A stretch of 36,633 nucleotides of DNA from NCBI GenBank assembly GCA_000934665.2, contig JYFJ02003907.1:1-36633 (forward strand). Direction: 5' to 3'. The number at the start of each line of letters is the position of its first letter. Position 1 is the first letter of the stretch. This DNA comes from Catajapyx aquilonaris (Eukaryota). The notes below the pieces were generated by a model that was given only the letters and a program-made list of their open reading frames with translations, made no database searches and was not told the DNA's origin. Shown here in pieces: positions 1 through 11,039 of this stretch. The translations under genes and the position numbers were made by a program.

Positions 1-95
1 TCAACTTTTTCCCCTTTCCTCGTATCTGGGCATGCGCAGTTGGCTCCTCGCGGCTCCTCGTATGCGAGAATCTCGTGACACGTGGATACCGGCCT
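1..95. mobile_element. Probable right end of a PIF/Harbinger-type MITE truncated by the window edge
   Basis: Ends GTGGATACCGGCCT|TAA, similar to the GTGGATACCACCCT|TAA end of the 23014-23241 element. Left end not visible. Confidence 0.4.
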
Positions 96-288
96 TAATA
101 TACCTAGAGAGAGCACTCGGGATGAAATGTGAGGAAGGCAACAATATTACCTGAGTAAAGATGACATTATTGGACTAATTGTTGTCCCAGTTGCTAGGCA
201 ACTGTTAGAACAACAATATTGCCTGAGTAAAGTTGGCTGCTGCCTCAGCCTGGCTAATGTGAAAGGATAGGGAGTACTTCCTCTAGGT

Positions 289-530
289 CAGTGGTTCCCA
301 ACCTTTTTCCGGTCGCGACCCCCTTTTATGATAGTCAAGTAACCTGCGACCCCCTCCCCGAGTGTAAGTAGATGTTGAAAAATCCCTTCGTGATGAAATT
401 TTTTATAGAATTTATGTTATTATTTTAGTTATTTTTTATTTTATAAAAATAACCGCGACCTCTCACGGCCCCCCTGGACCTGCTCCATGCCCACCTTGGG
501 GGGTCGCCACTCCCAGGTTGGGAACCACTG
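289..530. mobile_element. hAT (Buster/Charlie-type) MITE
   Basis: TIR CAGTGGTTCCCAACCT/AGGTTGGGAACCACTG; perfect 8-bp TSD CTCTAGGT (281-288, 531-538) with central TA. Confidence 0.95.
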
Positions 531-1188
531 CTCTAGGTTTATTATACATTACAGCAGAACTCTTTGGCTTTACTATGCACATACTGTTTCCATGGTAATG
601 TAATCAACAACAATCAATCATTGTTGGTACCATGGTAACCTGTTGCCATGGAAGCCAAACCTGGACAAACAAACACACAAACATAGGGTGGAATTTTTGT
701 ACCACTGCTGGCCACTGTTAACAACAAACTGATAACCATGGTAGCCCATGTGAGTGTGCCTTGCTAATTTTACTTGTGCCATATATCTTCAAACCCATTT
801 TTATGCAGTCCACTTGCTGGAGCAGATTATCACAGTACTAGAATACCAATAAGTCCCAGAAGTCAGCTAACCTACGTATTGTCAGAAATTTTGCATGCAC
901 TCCTGAGTGAAATACTACTTCAGTAGTTTTTAGTACTGTCTGCATTTTGAAATGCTTATATCAGCAGAACTAAGACCATCGGTTTATTTGAAAAGTCCAA
1001 GAACAGATTTCATGTAGTTGGTATTTATGCATTGTGACTCCCTGTAGATTTGGCAACCTTTCTGTCCCACCCATCCTCATTTTTGCTGCAAATTAAAATA
1101 TATTTCACAAGACCTGGGCCAAGTTTGTTAAATATTTCTGTCATTTTATATCATGTTCACAGTATTATCTGTAGTTACAGGCAGCATC

Positions 1189-1500
1189 ATGGCTTCAGGA
1201 AAGGGGGATTCTGGAACTACCACAGAGGAGGAAGAGACTCCCCATGTGCAGAGAGAGCAGAAGAAAGGTAAAGGTGCTACTCCTGGTTCGAGAGCTCTTT
1301 GGAAAGGAGATAGCAATGAGGACATGCAAGAACTGTTGACCCAATCGATGGACACTGATGAAGGAGCAGGGGGGGATAACTCACAGCTGGCATCAGCAGG
1401 CAAGATTGACAAGAGGAAATCGGTTGGAGGACTGGCAGGACTCACTCAGGCGCAAATTGCAGACCACTATAAGAAGTGCATCCAGCTCTCTACTGAGAAT
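1189..1500 (+). CDS. NCAPH: Condensin complex subunit 2 (kleisin NCAPH/barren), first visible coding exon
   Basis: Encodes ...QIADHYKKCIQLSTEN, the N-terminal kleisin motif, and ends at a GTGCGT donor (1501). An acceptor ACAG at 1177-1180 means the start may be ATG 1189 or lie in an upstream exon. Confidence 0.85.
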
Positions 1501-2298
1501 GTGCGTTGATGTAAATGTAGAATTGTAGATCATCAATGAGATGGTGACATCAGTGTGAAAATTATTGAAATTGATATTATAGCATGACCCACAGTTTGGG
1601 AAGCACTGAGTCATAGCACATAGCATTTGAAGTACACTGTGTAGAACTGTAGATGTTACTACCGAAGCAGTTTGGAGTAGGGGATATGGTGTCCGACTGC
1701 TAATCGGGAGGTCCTGGGATCAAATCCTGGGGCCGGCAACTCTGACCGTGGTTTTCTGTGGTTTCCCACAGTCCTTCCAGGAAAATTCCGGAGTTGTTTC
1801 CGTAATTAATAGGCCACAGCCGCTTCCTTCCGTCCCTATCCTATCCCAAAAAGCGCAGTAAAATGAAAGCAAAGAGTTCCAGGCAAAACAAAACTTCCCC
1901 CCCTAAAGAGCCAATAGGCTGATAATGGGATATGAATTATTATTATTATTCTTATTCTTATTATTATTACTAGCAGGTTACCTGGCGTTGCCCGGGTATG
2001 TTGGGGTGCTGGTAAAGATAGGGGTACATATCTGTGATAGATTACCTGCTTGTCTTATAGTGTACAGTCGACACGGATATTCTGATTGGATGTGTAAAAG
2101 GAGGAATGCGGATGGAGTAGGCCCAGTAAAAGACTGCACAGCCATGTGTTTTTCCCCCTGCATTTTTGACCCCTTGACCCCCTCCCCCCAACCCCACTTC
2201 ACCCCCCACCTCGTTCCATATGTTTGCTCTGAATAACTTTAGAAATGTACGTACAGATGTATGATGGGAAATTTTGTTTTCAACACAGAGTAATATAA

Positions 2299-2585
2299 AG
2301 TGGCGCTGCGGGAACGTCAGGTTCAATCCCAGCCCGGGGTTCACTCCTTCATCCCGTGCAGAGTTGGGTCGTCTCTGGCTTCGTTTCGGGTGGAATCTCC
2401 TCAGACTAATCCACCCGGGGGAGTTCACAAAATATACCGTTTGAGAATTGCACTTGCACCTTGCACATCCCCTCCCAGTCACCCTGCCCGTGGGCCCGGG
2501 TGCTTTGTCAAAAAGGTTCCATCAAGACAAAATAAAGGTTCCCTCCCTGCGGTACGATGCAGGGAGGTAAATAGCTAAAAAAAAG
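2299..2585 (+). mobile_element. tRNA-derived SINE (family B), nested copy
   Basis: B box GGTTCAATCC; core GCAGAGTTGG..TCTCTGGCTTCGTTTCGGGTGG shared with the 24567 copy; 3' hairpin plus A-tail. Confidence 0.85.
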
Positions 2586-2639
2586 AGAGGCATTTCCATG
2601 GGAATGCAAATTGATTTATTGTTATTGCTGTAAGCTTAT

Positions 2640-2840
2640 TTTTTTATTTATTTTTATTTTACGTTACCCCGTGATAAGGCTGAGCCTTTTTAGGGGGGTG
2701 GAATACCACCATTTCACTCCATTTTCTGAATTAACTTCATACACCGGTGCAGGGAATCAAGGACGTTAGGTAAGGATAGGGATTTTTGGGGAGGGAACAT
2801 TGGTGCAAGTGCAATGTCGGTAAAGGGGTCATGTGCTGGA
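2640..2840 (-). mobile_element. 3' part of SINE (family C)
   Basis: Aligns by eye to 22895-23310 (GGGGTGGAATACCACCATTTC etc.); T-rich tail on the left. 5' extent uncertain. Confidence 0.7.
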
Positions 2841-3030
2841 TGTAAGCTAATTGTTGAGGCAGGAATATGCGTGTTGTGGGAGTTTTCGGAAGCTGAAACA
2901 TGCGGCGTTAGATTCCTTGGAAAAAGTAACCCCCGATATGCTAATTTAAGGCGGTGTAGGGGCCTTCCCCTGGATTTCTATAAGGGACAAACATCCAAAC
3001 TTGCTTATTTATAGATATAAGAAGATAAGA

Positions 3031-3056
3031 TTATTATATTTATTATCATTATATTA

Positions 3057-3148
<92 letters not shown>
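3031..3148. repeat. (ATT)n microsatellite
   Basis: Direct read; pure from about 3060. A companion tract lies at 1936-1969. Confidence 0.97.
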
Positions 3149-3150
<2 letters not shown>

Positions 3151-3202
3151 TGTAGATGTTACTTTGCCTAAGTTGGTGGTCTGCCAACTGGTAATGTTGT
3201 AG

Positions 3203-3705
3203 TAGAGTGATGGATCAGTTATTGCTGGCTGTGTGAAAAAAGTGCTCATTTGAATGGCTGTCCAGAGTTCCAGTATATATTGAGTACGTTACTAAACTCA
3301 GAGGCTGCCACAGAGGACTGGTATACAGGTCGTTGCTAAACTCATTGCTGAGAAAGCGGCTTCCGCAGCGACGGCAGCGGGGTTTAGGGCCACTGAGTAC
3401 AGATGGCCAGGTGTTGTTATTCAACAAGGTTTGCCAGGTGAAGCTCCTTTATCATGGGCGTGATCATGGGTAATCTTGTTTGAATTTCTCTGATGCAAAT
3501 GGTGGCCATCTTGGAAAAGTGGAACTAGGCAGCAAAAGCATTGTTCAACCCAGCAGAGATTGACCAATCAACAAGCTCAGTAGTGCTGACAGCTGCTGAT
3601 TCTACCACTTCGTTTAGCAACGTACTCATTGCATTACCTTAACAGCAACTGATGACAGCCATTCAAATGCTGACTTTGTTGACATTGCCAGGGGTAATCA
3701 CTCAA
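3203..3705. mobile_element. Degenerate MITE with long imperfect inverted arms
   Basis: Paired blocks CATTTGAATGGCTGTC/GACAGCCATTCAAATG and TGAGTACGTTACTAAAC/GTTTAGCAACGTACTCA; ends GAGTGAT/ATCACTC. Confidence 0.6.
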
Positions 3706-3970
3706 TCTCTCCCATGTGACACTTATGATAGATAGAGAAACATACTCTCTAATATGGTAGTCTGATATTTCGATGTGCCTGGTAATTATGTTCAGGTACA
3801 TTTCACCTTATGGGGAAGTTAAAGTACCGGTATCACTTATTTTGGACTCTAGATGGTGTCTAGATGGTGGTACTTCCTTGGTCTCTGCTGCAAGGGGGGA
3901 TCTGACCTGTAAAAATGGGTTCTACCACTGATGATCAACGAAAATTGTACTAATGGGCCATTCCCAATCA

Positions 3971-4189
3971 CATGGGTCGAATTTTAAAAATTTTGTCCAG
4001 ATGCAACGTTTGCACTCCAGACTTTAATCTGTAGTGCAAATTGCTTTCTTGGGGTGCTTAATTTTTAATTACTGGGTACAGCCACGTTTAAAAGCAGAGC
4101 AAACTTTGCACTCCAAGGCTCAGTTTGGCGTGCAGATGACAATTTTGGAGTGCAAATTGCATCTTTGCATCCGAATATTTCGACCCCTG
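3971..4189. mobile_element. Old MITE (hAT-like ends)
   Basis: CATGGGTCGAA ... TTCGACCCCTG with repeated subterminal TTTGCACTCCA/TGGAGTGCAAA motifs. TSD unclear. Confidence 0.55.
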
Positions 4190-4339
4190 TAATCAGAAAT
4201 TTATTGCAATTCCAAGCTTGGATAGAGTATTCAATTCAGCTTAATATTAGCAGTTAATACTTCTGATAACCACCCAAAGTAACCACCCAAACACAAACTG
4301 TATAATTGGTACTAATAATTTTTCTTCCTGTATCCACAG

Positions 4340-4432
4340 AAAATCAACGTGAAGAATGCTTTTGCATTGCAAATGATTGACTACATGTCAATGATGCTCA
4401 AGAAGAAAGATTCAACTATGAATGATTTTCAG
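4340..4432 (+). CDS. NCAPH: NCAPH/barren exon (not in ORF track)
   Basis: CAG|...|GTATGG, 93 nt, phase 0/0. KINVKNAFALQMIDYMSMMLKKKDSTMNDFQ continues the STENKI.KNAF.L.IDY motif. Confidence 0.93.
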
Positions 4433-4820
4433 GTATGGTATAACTGCATGTGAAGGAATCTATTCAGTGAGCTCGATTTTTTCATAAAGTTTTTGGTATT
4501 TACTTGCTGCCAGAGAATTGTACTGTACACTAACAAAAATTGCAGCTAAATCTCTCAACACTTGTTGGAGATATACCATGAATGACGAGAAGTGAAAGTA
4601 CTCTCCCCATGTTCACCAGGTGCCATGACTTATCAAAAGGCGAAGAAGGAGAAACTGATTCTGATTGTATAAGGAGGCACTTAGTTTTATTCTCTCTCCC
4701 TCTCTCTTCCCCCCCCCCCCNCCCCCCCCCACCCCCCTTGTCCGAAAAGGAGAATGAGTCGGAGCTATTCTTGCCTTCAATGTAAAATCTGAGCTCAAAG
4801 ACCCCAAGACATGAGCTAAC

Positions 4821-5058
4821 TGGACCGTGTTATGCAATAATGAGACACACATGAGAACAGTTTTGAGAAAAATTGTTGTTTAAGGTCACACCTGTGAAGT
4901 TAATTCAGTGTTCTTTTCGGTCATTTATGGCAGAAGTATGCAGATTTCACCAGCGTGATTTTAACTGAATGAAGTAGGATCCTTTAGGTATATGTTCCTG
5001 GGCCTAACTCAATTTTGACCTTTTTGTGGGTTGGCCCATTATTGCATAACAACGTCCA
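4821..5058. mobile_element. MITE with about 22-bp TIR
   Basis: TGGACCGTGTTATGCAATAATG ... CATTATTGCATAACAACGTCCA. Confidence 0.65.
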
Positions 5059-5093
5059 TACTACAGCAATCTTAATAATACATATTCCTTTAG

Positions 5094-5904
5094 ATTGCAA
5101 GTTTCACATTGGATGCAAGCACTAAGATCTACGCTTGTCGTGTGGATCGTGTGCACAGTGATGCAATGAAGATTTCAGGAAGATTAGGATTGGCAGAAGG
5201 CAATGTTGGTGAAGAAGAGGCACCTCAAGAAGGTCAAGAAGATGATATTGTTGCTGCCCCCAAAAAAAAACCAAAGCGTCATGGAAATAAGCGAACAGTG
5301 GAGACTAATAAGAAAAACCTAATGATGGATCCTAATGAGTTGGGATCTGCATTTAATGCTCGTGGCAAAGTTGCTTTTGCACATTTGGATGCATGTAGGG
5401 ACAATCTAGATTATATGCTTCACACTCTGGATACTAATGACCAGATGGAGTTGGAACTATACCATTGTGAGTCTAGTGACCCTCCTGCAGATGATTGTCC
5501 TGAAGCAGAGTGGATTGACGTAGCCATTCCAGAACTTCCTGATGGTGTTGAAATAGCACCCATAATGTCTGGCTTTGAGTTCACAAATTGGACTCCCAGT
5601 GAAGATAATTCAGAGCTTGCATTCAATTTGGCACCAGGTCCCGATGCAGCTGATGAAGATGTTGACCAGGATGATGTGTTTGGTGATAATGGTGATAATG
5701 GTGATGCATATCAGGATAATGAGGACCTCCCAAGTGACCATCCTGGGGATGAAGATTCTATTGCCAGAGAAGGAAAGTCACAGGGGGTTATGGACTTGAT
5801 TTCTTTCCTGTCCACCAAGCCAAATGATTACTCCTACTTCGACATAGCCCGTCTGAATGCTGGTGCTGGCCCTAAACATTGGAAGCTGCTCCCTATGTTA
5901 AAAG
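5094..5904 (+). CDS. NCAPH: NCAPH/barren exon
   Basis: TAG acceptor at 5091-5093. Encodes IASFTLDASTKIYACRVD and YSYFD...AGPKHWK. Donor G|GTAATG, phase 1. Confidence 0.95.
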
Positions 5905-5986
5905 GTAATGGTATGCCCACTATGATAGGCCCAACGAAGAGTTGTGGCTGACAAAATTTTGTAGAATCAACTTAGATTGCCTAGCT

Positions 5987-6333
5987 CAGTGGTTCCCAAC
6001 AATTTTTTGCTTGAGGTGACCCTAAGCACACTGAAAATTCTGAAGGCATCCCTAACTGTATACTTATCAGTGTAACACTTATTGTGAATAGTCATAGGCT
6101 GTATTTCATAGTGAAAAGTGAAATAGTAAGTAGAGTTGCATTCCATTTCAACCAGCACTATGACACTTATTATACGTATTATTATTATAAATAGAAATAA
6201 ATTCCACAGTATAAACTGTTACCAATGTACATAGCTTTCTCCTCCCAATTTATTCATTTTTGTCTTTTCTTTCATTCATTATTTTCTCGGCACCCCTACA
6301 TGATATTCCGAGCACCCCAGTTGGGAACCATTG
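5987..6333. mobile_element. hAT (Buster/Charlie-type) MITE
   Basis: TIR CAGTGGTTCCCAAC/GTTGGGAACCATTG; perfect 8-bp TSD GCCTAGCT (5979-5986, 6334-6341). Confidence 0.93.
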
Positions 6334-6945
6334 GCCTAGCTGGATTACCTACAGTTAGGTTGGCCAATTAGAATTCGAACACTGAAATACCATATTAAGT
6401 AGTGTGCGCTTCATATAAAACTGACATTGTAGTGAAGTACTATCTCATTCTTCCCATCACCAATCACGTATAAAAATCACATGCAACAATGGTTAGCTGA
6501 TGGGGAGAGAGGTAGGAAAGGGAAATTCCACTCCAAGATAACCCTAGATGTAGTACAACTTGAATATTTAAAACAAGGCATTTATTATGGGGAATTACGT
6601 AATTGTCCATATATTTTAGTGGTGTGGGATTATTTTAAGAAATATAATGCCATCACAGTCAACAATGTCAAAATTGAATTTGTGTGAATTCTGGAACAAT
6701 TTTTGAAAATATTTGCTTGGGCGCAGTTTCAAAAGTTGAAAACAGGCTGAATTTTTGCATGTCAGGGTGCTAAAGAGTTGGTAAACCACATGAAATTACC
6801 ATATTATGACTTTGACCGTATTTTATTGGATTTTACGACTGCAACAAGAAGCAAGATTTTAAGTGCATGAATTGATACAAAAATGGATTATCCATTACAC
6901 CTTATTGAAAGAAAACTTATAGAAAGCTTTGAAGTCCAATGATGA

Positions 6946-7119
6946 AGGTGCGTTTACATGTGAGCGATTTGGTCGGGCGATGTCATTGCTGAGCGACAAA
7001 TCCGATTGTTTGGGGCGAAAATCGATTGTTACCATGATTGTTACTTTCGCCCCAAACAATTGGACTCATCTCTTGGCGATGACATCGCCCGATCGAATCG
7101 CTCACATGTAAATGTACCT
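6946..7119. mobile_element. Palindromic PIF/Harbinger (Tourist-like) MITE
   Basis: AGGTGCGTTTACATGTGAGCGATT ... AATCGCTCACATGTAAATGTACCT, arms about 75 bp, flanks TGA/TAA. Confidence 0.85.
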
Positions 7120-7147
7120 TAATTGACACTCTTTGTTATATTTTCAG

Positions 7148-7917
7148 GAAAGAAGAATGATGGTAAGCCAAAGGCACGCCGCTCCCGCAAGGAATTTGAC
7201 CTGTCATTTTGTGAGATTCCGGACAAATGGAAAGAAACCTGGACTGGTCTCACAGGGAAGAATAAAGAAACTCTGAAATTAAGTGACCGTACAACAAGCA
7301 CGTGGACATCAGATGATTTAGAGCAACAGTTGGACTTTCAGCAGGCAATTAGAGATGAAATGGCACATCTTTTTATGCGACCCCATATCACGCTTGTACC
7401 TGTTGCGGGGGATGAAATAGAGGAGCTACACTCAGATAGACAAGAAGAGCCTGATAATGATGGAGGTGGTTTTTTTGACAATGTTGATGTTGACAGTGAT
7501 TATGGTGATGCCCAAGAAACAGCACCTACAGCATCAGGTTTTCCTATGACAGATGTTGTTGGTGGATTTACATACGATGAGCTGTTGACTGCACCTGGTT
7601 TGGTTTTTCGAGCACAACGTCCGTCTATGGGGATGACAGCAAAGCAGGTGGACATGAAAAAGTTGAAATCAAGCATGTGGCGCCATCTGGCACGCCCTTC
7701 AGAGAATAAGGAGGATGAAGAAAAACCTAAATCTCTGACTACTACTTTTGTGGATGTTTGCAATAAGATTCCATCATTACTGCCTATTAACATTACACGT
7801 AACCTGAGTGTATCACTGGGATTAGTGTCATTGCTGCATTTGGCAAACGAGAAAACTCTTAAGATTACCCAGCCTGGAGAAGGCATATACTCGAATTTGA
7901 AAATTGAACAAGACTGA
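7148..7917 (+). CDS. NCAPH: NCAPH/barren terminal coding exon
   Basis: TTTTCAG acceptor, phase 1 matches the previous exon. C-terminal kleisin motifs AKQVDMKKLKSSMW and NLSVSLGLVSLLHLANEK; TGA stop. Confidence 0.95.
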
Positions 7918-8378
7918 ACTGTGGAAGATTTGAGGGTTGTCTGATGTTACAGCCACAATTCAACTGAATGACTACTTTTGTTTTATATATGCCATGAAAT
8001 GATTTTTTAAGGACCAGATGTAACAGGTTTTGAACTAACTCTAAATGTAAAGACAGCTATGCTCTTGTTTGGTAATTTCCTCGAAATTTTACTGTTGTGA
8101 CTAATCTTGAGTACTTAAAAAGTGTTATGAAATTGACTAATACAGAAATGGCCAACTTATGTTCAAGTTTTAGAAGTGCATTTTAAAAACTAGCGACATA
8201 TAATGCATATCTTGACGAATTTTTCATGAGCATACCTTAGATGAGAGTTGAGCAGACAAACTTAACATATTCATTGGAGACCGATTTTATTTCATTCAAA
8301 ACTGCATTGATAATCCTGTTTAGTGGAGAGTTTTTGTTAGCATAGGTGTGCACAGAGTTACCTGTTTGCAGGTCAAGA

Positions 8379-8523
8379 CACAACAAAAATAGCAACAGGG
8401 AGATGAGCCAACTGATGGGGGCCAACTGAGATGGGCTAACTGACAAGTTGCAAGCAAAATTTCTCCTGCCATTCTACCATCCTCTCAACATTGGCCTATC
8501 CCAGCTATGCTATTTTTGTTGTG
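8379..8523. repeat. Short inverted-repeat element (probable decayed MITE)
   Basis: Perfect 16-bp inverted repeat CACAACAAAAATAGCA/TGCTATTTTTGTTGTG. Confidence 0.55.
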
Positions 8524-9739
8524 CCTCCTTGTATTACCACCTTTCTCATTGTATATCCTGCCCGAGATATTTATAAGCAAATAATAACAATCAATCCCTG
8601 ATGTAAGGTAATTTTGTGGGGTTTGGGCATGTGTCTGTTAGAGAGTGGACTAATGCTTCCTGTCTTCTTTCTGTGTTAGAATTACATGAGAAATGGTAAT
8701 GCCTTGTAAAATGTTGTAAGAAAAAAGGACTGTGTACAGTGCAAGAGAATGGAATGTGAATAAAATTGTACATGGATGAATGATGTACGTATACAGCACT
8801 CTATATTATTTCCAGGTTTTAGAACCATCTGCCAAAGCTGAGAAAGCTACTACTCAAGCATATCTATTGAAGTGTTACGGAAATGCGTTGTGATAGGGAA
8901 AATGTGTAGTGATTGTCCACCTTGTAGTAAATAGACTCTTTCATCTATTGCTCTTGACAAGATATGTTGTCACAGTTCCACATTTAGAAATATGGGAGCA
9001 TAATTATACAGATCTTTCTTTACTGACTTGACACGAGTGATGAAATAGTTGAAGCAATATTTCTACTAGGTGTGAAGTGCTGGCTCATTATGAATCTTGA
9101 GGACTAAATGGATGCCATCAGACGATAGATCATTTCAAATGATACTTAATTGTATTTTAAAAAACTAAATTGTCAAAATTGCACTTCTGCATTCCAACAA
9201 TGAAGGTAGAATGTAAATGAAAAGATACTTTCAATGGCCTTGAAAATGGAGTATCATAGACTATGCTCCTGACTGAACTTTTAAGAGTTTTTAAAATGAA
9301 GCCAACAATGAATGGATTGTTACCTTTGTTGGTACCAATTAGCAGCTGGAAATAATTTTTGAGCTGCTCATGTGCAAATGACTGTCCTGCAGTGGACAAT
9401 CGCTCCCACGTTTTATATACAACTTTTAAAATACTGTTAGGAATCCTTAAGTAATGCAATACTTTCAGCTCATTGCTTGATAAGTAGCCTTTCTCGAGAA
9501 AATTGACTTCTTAGTAGACATGCAGCCTATAATATCGTTTAAAATCGCCCTTCCGTAATAGTTCTTACGTTCTCAGCTATAAGGAAATGTGAGTTGTTTT
9601 TTTTTTTGCATAAGTGCTAAACTTTTTGTGCAGTATACCAGGGCCCTGAGTACACGCAGTAGCCTGTTCATACAGTACTGTACCCCGCGCAGTACCTAAT
9701 ATACTAACCTAATATAATGTGGTGCAGTTACATTGGTAG

Positions 9740-10250
9740 CAGTTGCGAGGCTATCAGCCGCTATCAGCATTTGAAGGCAGCCGCTACGCGTTTTCGGTTG
9801 CGTCATAATAGGATTTGCAAATGGCGTCTTGTGAATAGTCCCAGGAACGGACGTTTGGATATACTTCCTCCTATATTTTTGTAGACCTCCGTTTGGAACC
9901 CCTTTTCCTTCCACGTCTCGTTGAGTGCGCGAGCCCGACCCTTTCGATTAGGCTTGTTATTAGAGGATGGCGACTAGCGCGGAGTGCAGCGTCGGAGGGG
10001 AGGAGCAGCAGCAGTTCTGCCTGAAGTGGACCAACTTCCAGTCGAGTCTGCTGGCGTCGTTGCCGCAGCTGCTGGACGGGGACGACCTGACCGATGTCAC
10101 CCTCATCGCGAGCGGCTCCAGCCTCAAGGCGCATCGGGTCGTGCTCTCTGCCTGCAGCACCTTCTTTCGGGATCTGTTCAGGGTGAGGCGGGGCACCACC
10201 AGCCACTCCCATTTGCTCCACTCATCGTCAGGAGGGGACTTATCTGAATA
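9740..10250 (+). promoter_or_regulatory. CpG-rich promoter/first exon of the BTB-ZF gene
   Basis: Abrupt CpG enrichment around the start codon; TGCGTCA (9799-9805) and AAATGGCG (9819-9826) motifs. Confidence 0.5.
9967..10182 (+). CDS. Ttk-type BTB/POZ-C2H2 zinc-finger transcription factor, exon 1
   Basis: QQFCLKWTNFQ...LTDVTL...LKAHRVVLSACSTFF is the Ttk/Broad/Bab-type BTB N-half. Donor AGG|GTGAGG. From memory it most resembles Drosophila CG32121 (unverified). Confidence 0.93.
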
Positions 10251-10850
10251 GCTAGGAGTAAAGCTGCAGAGGATACCACATGCATACACTTGTCCAACCC
10301 AAGTCATTTCTAGTATTGCAACACTTGGCCCCATGCTCGCAAGCTAATGTAGGCATGCTATTTACCGCAAGAGTAATGTCGCACTGTTATGAGATGGTGG
10401 CCGCGACTTGTTTAGCGTGGGCGTTGCCGAGTTACGGATGTTAATTTGGCAATATTCTGGAATCCACAACCCATGATAAACTACAAGTCGCGGACGCCAT
10501 CACATAACAGTGTGACATTACTTTTGCTGTTAATAGTACCATATGCATCTCCACACAACATACCCATGATAACGCAAATTATTTTAGTTCATATTGATAC
10601 CTACTGTGACTTCGGTTTACGAACTGTCATGGGAGAGTAGGCTGATTGCACCAAGTGCTCATGTTAGCTTCAAGAGAAAAGTTGCGGGAGCAGAGCGGCC
10701 AGTTGCCATGGGAACATTCTCATTTGAAATGGGATCCCCAAAGAATACCAGACCCAAATGCATTGTGGAAAAAAGCAGCAAGAATTACATATGGCATGGC
10801 TTTCAAAGGCAACACTTGGTTACTGAAAATATTAACTGATCATATTGCAG

Positions 10851-11039
10851 GCATTGCAACCTAGTCATCATCCAGTGGTGGCCCTTCCAACACTACCCTT
10901 TGATGACTTGAGATCTTTGGTCACCTTCATGTATCGTGGGGAGGTAAACATTTTTGAAGACCAGCTGACTAGCCTTCTGGGGACAGCTGAAGCTTTGAAG
11001 ATACGTGGTCTTTCAGATGTTCCGCGCAGAGGACTCAAG
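10851..11039 (+). CDS. BTB-ZF gene exon 2 (BTB C-half)
   Basis: TTGCAG acceptor; HPVVALP...LVTFMYRGEVNI...LLGTAEALKIRGL; donor AAG|GTTAGA, phase 0. Confidence 0.92.

Larger units (their letters stand above)
1970..3030 (-). mobile_element. Non-autonomous Helitron-like element inserted in the (TTA)n tail
   Basis: Minus-strand 3' end is a GC hairpin (CCCGGGCAACGCCAGG) plus CTAG|T. The other end, ...ACAAACATCCAAACTTGCTTATTTATAGATATAAGAAGA|T, gives a 5' TC. A|T target and no TSD. Confidence 0.7.
1661..3148 (+). mobile_element. tRNA-derived SINE (body 1661 to about 1935) with a (TTA)n tail split by nested insertions
   Basis: Degenerate Pol III head (GGGATCAAATCC B-box-like). 15-bp TSD ACTGTAGATGTTACT at 1646-1660 and 3149-3163. 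Confidence 0.85.

Noticed and set aside
3005..3249. Poly-N / poly-I ORFs
   Set aside because: Translations of the (ATT)n microsatellite.
4709..4737. Poly-C/G tracts (also near 17906, 23474, 33330) as G-quadruplex elements
   Set aside because: Each contains an N, so lengths are unreliable assembly homopolymers.
9871..10334. Antisense and alternative-frame ORFs over BTB exon 1
   Set aside because: Shadow ORFs of GC-rich coding DNA with no recognisable domain. The 9967-10251 ORF merely reads through the donor at 10183.
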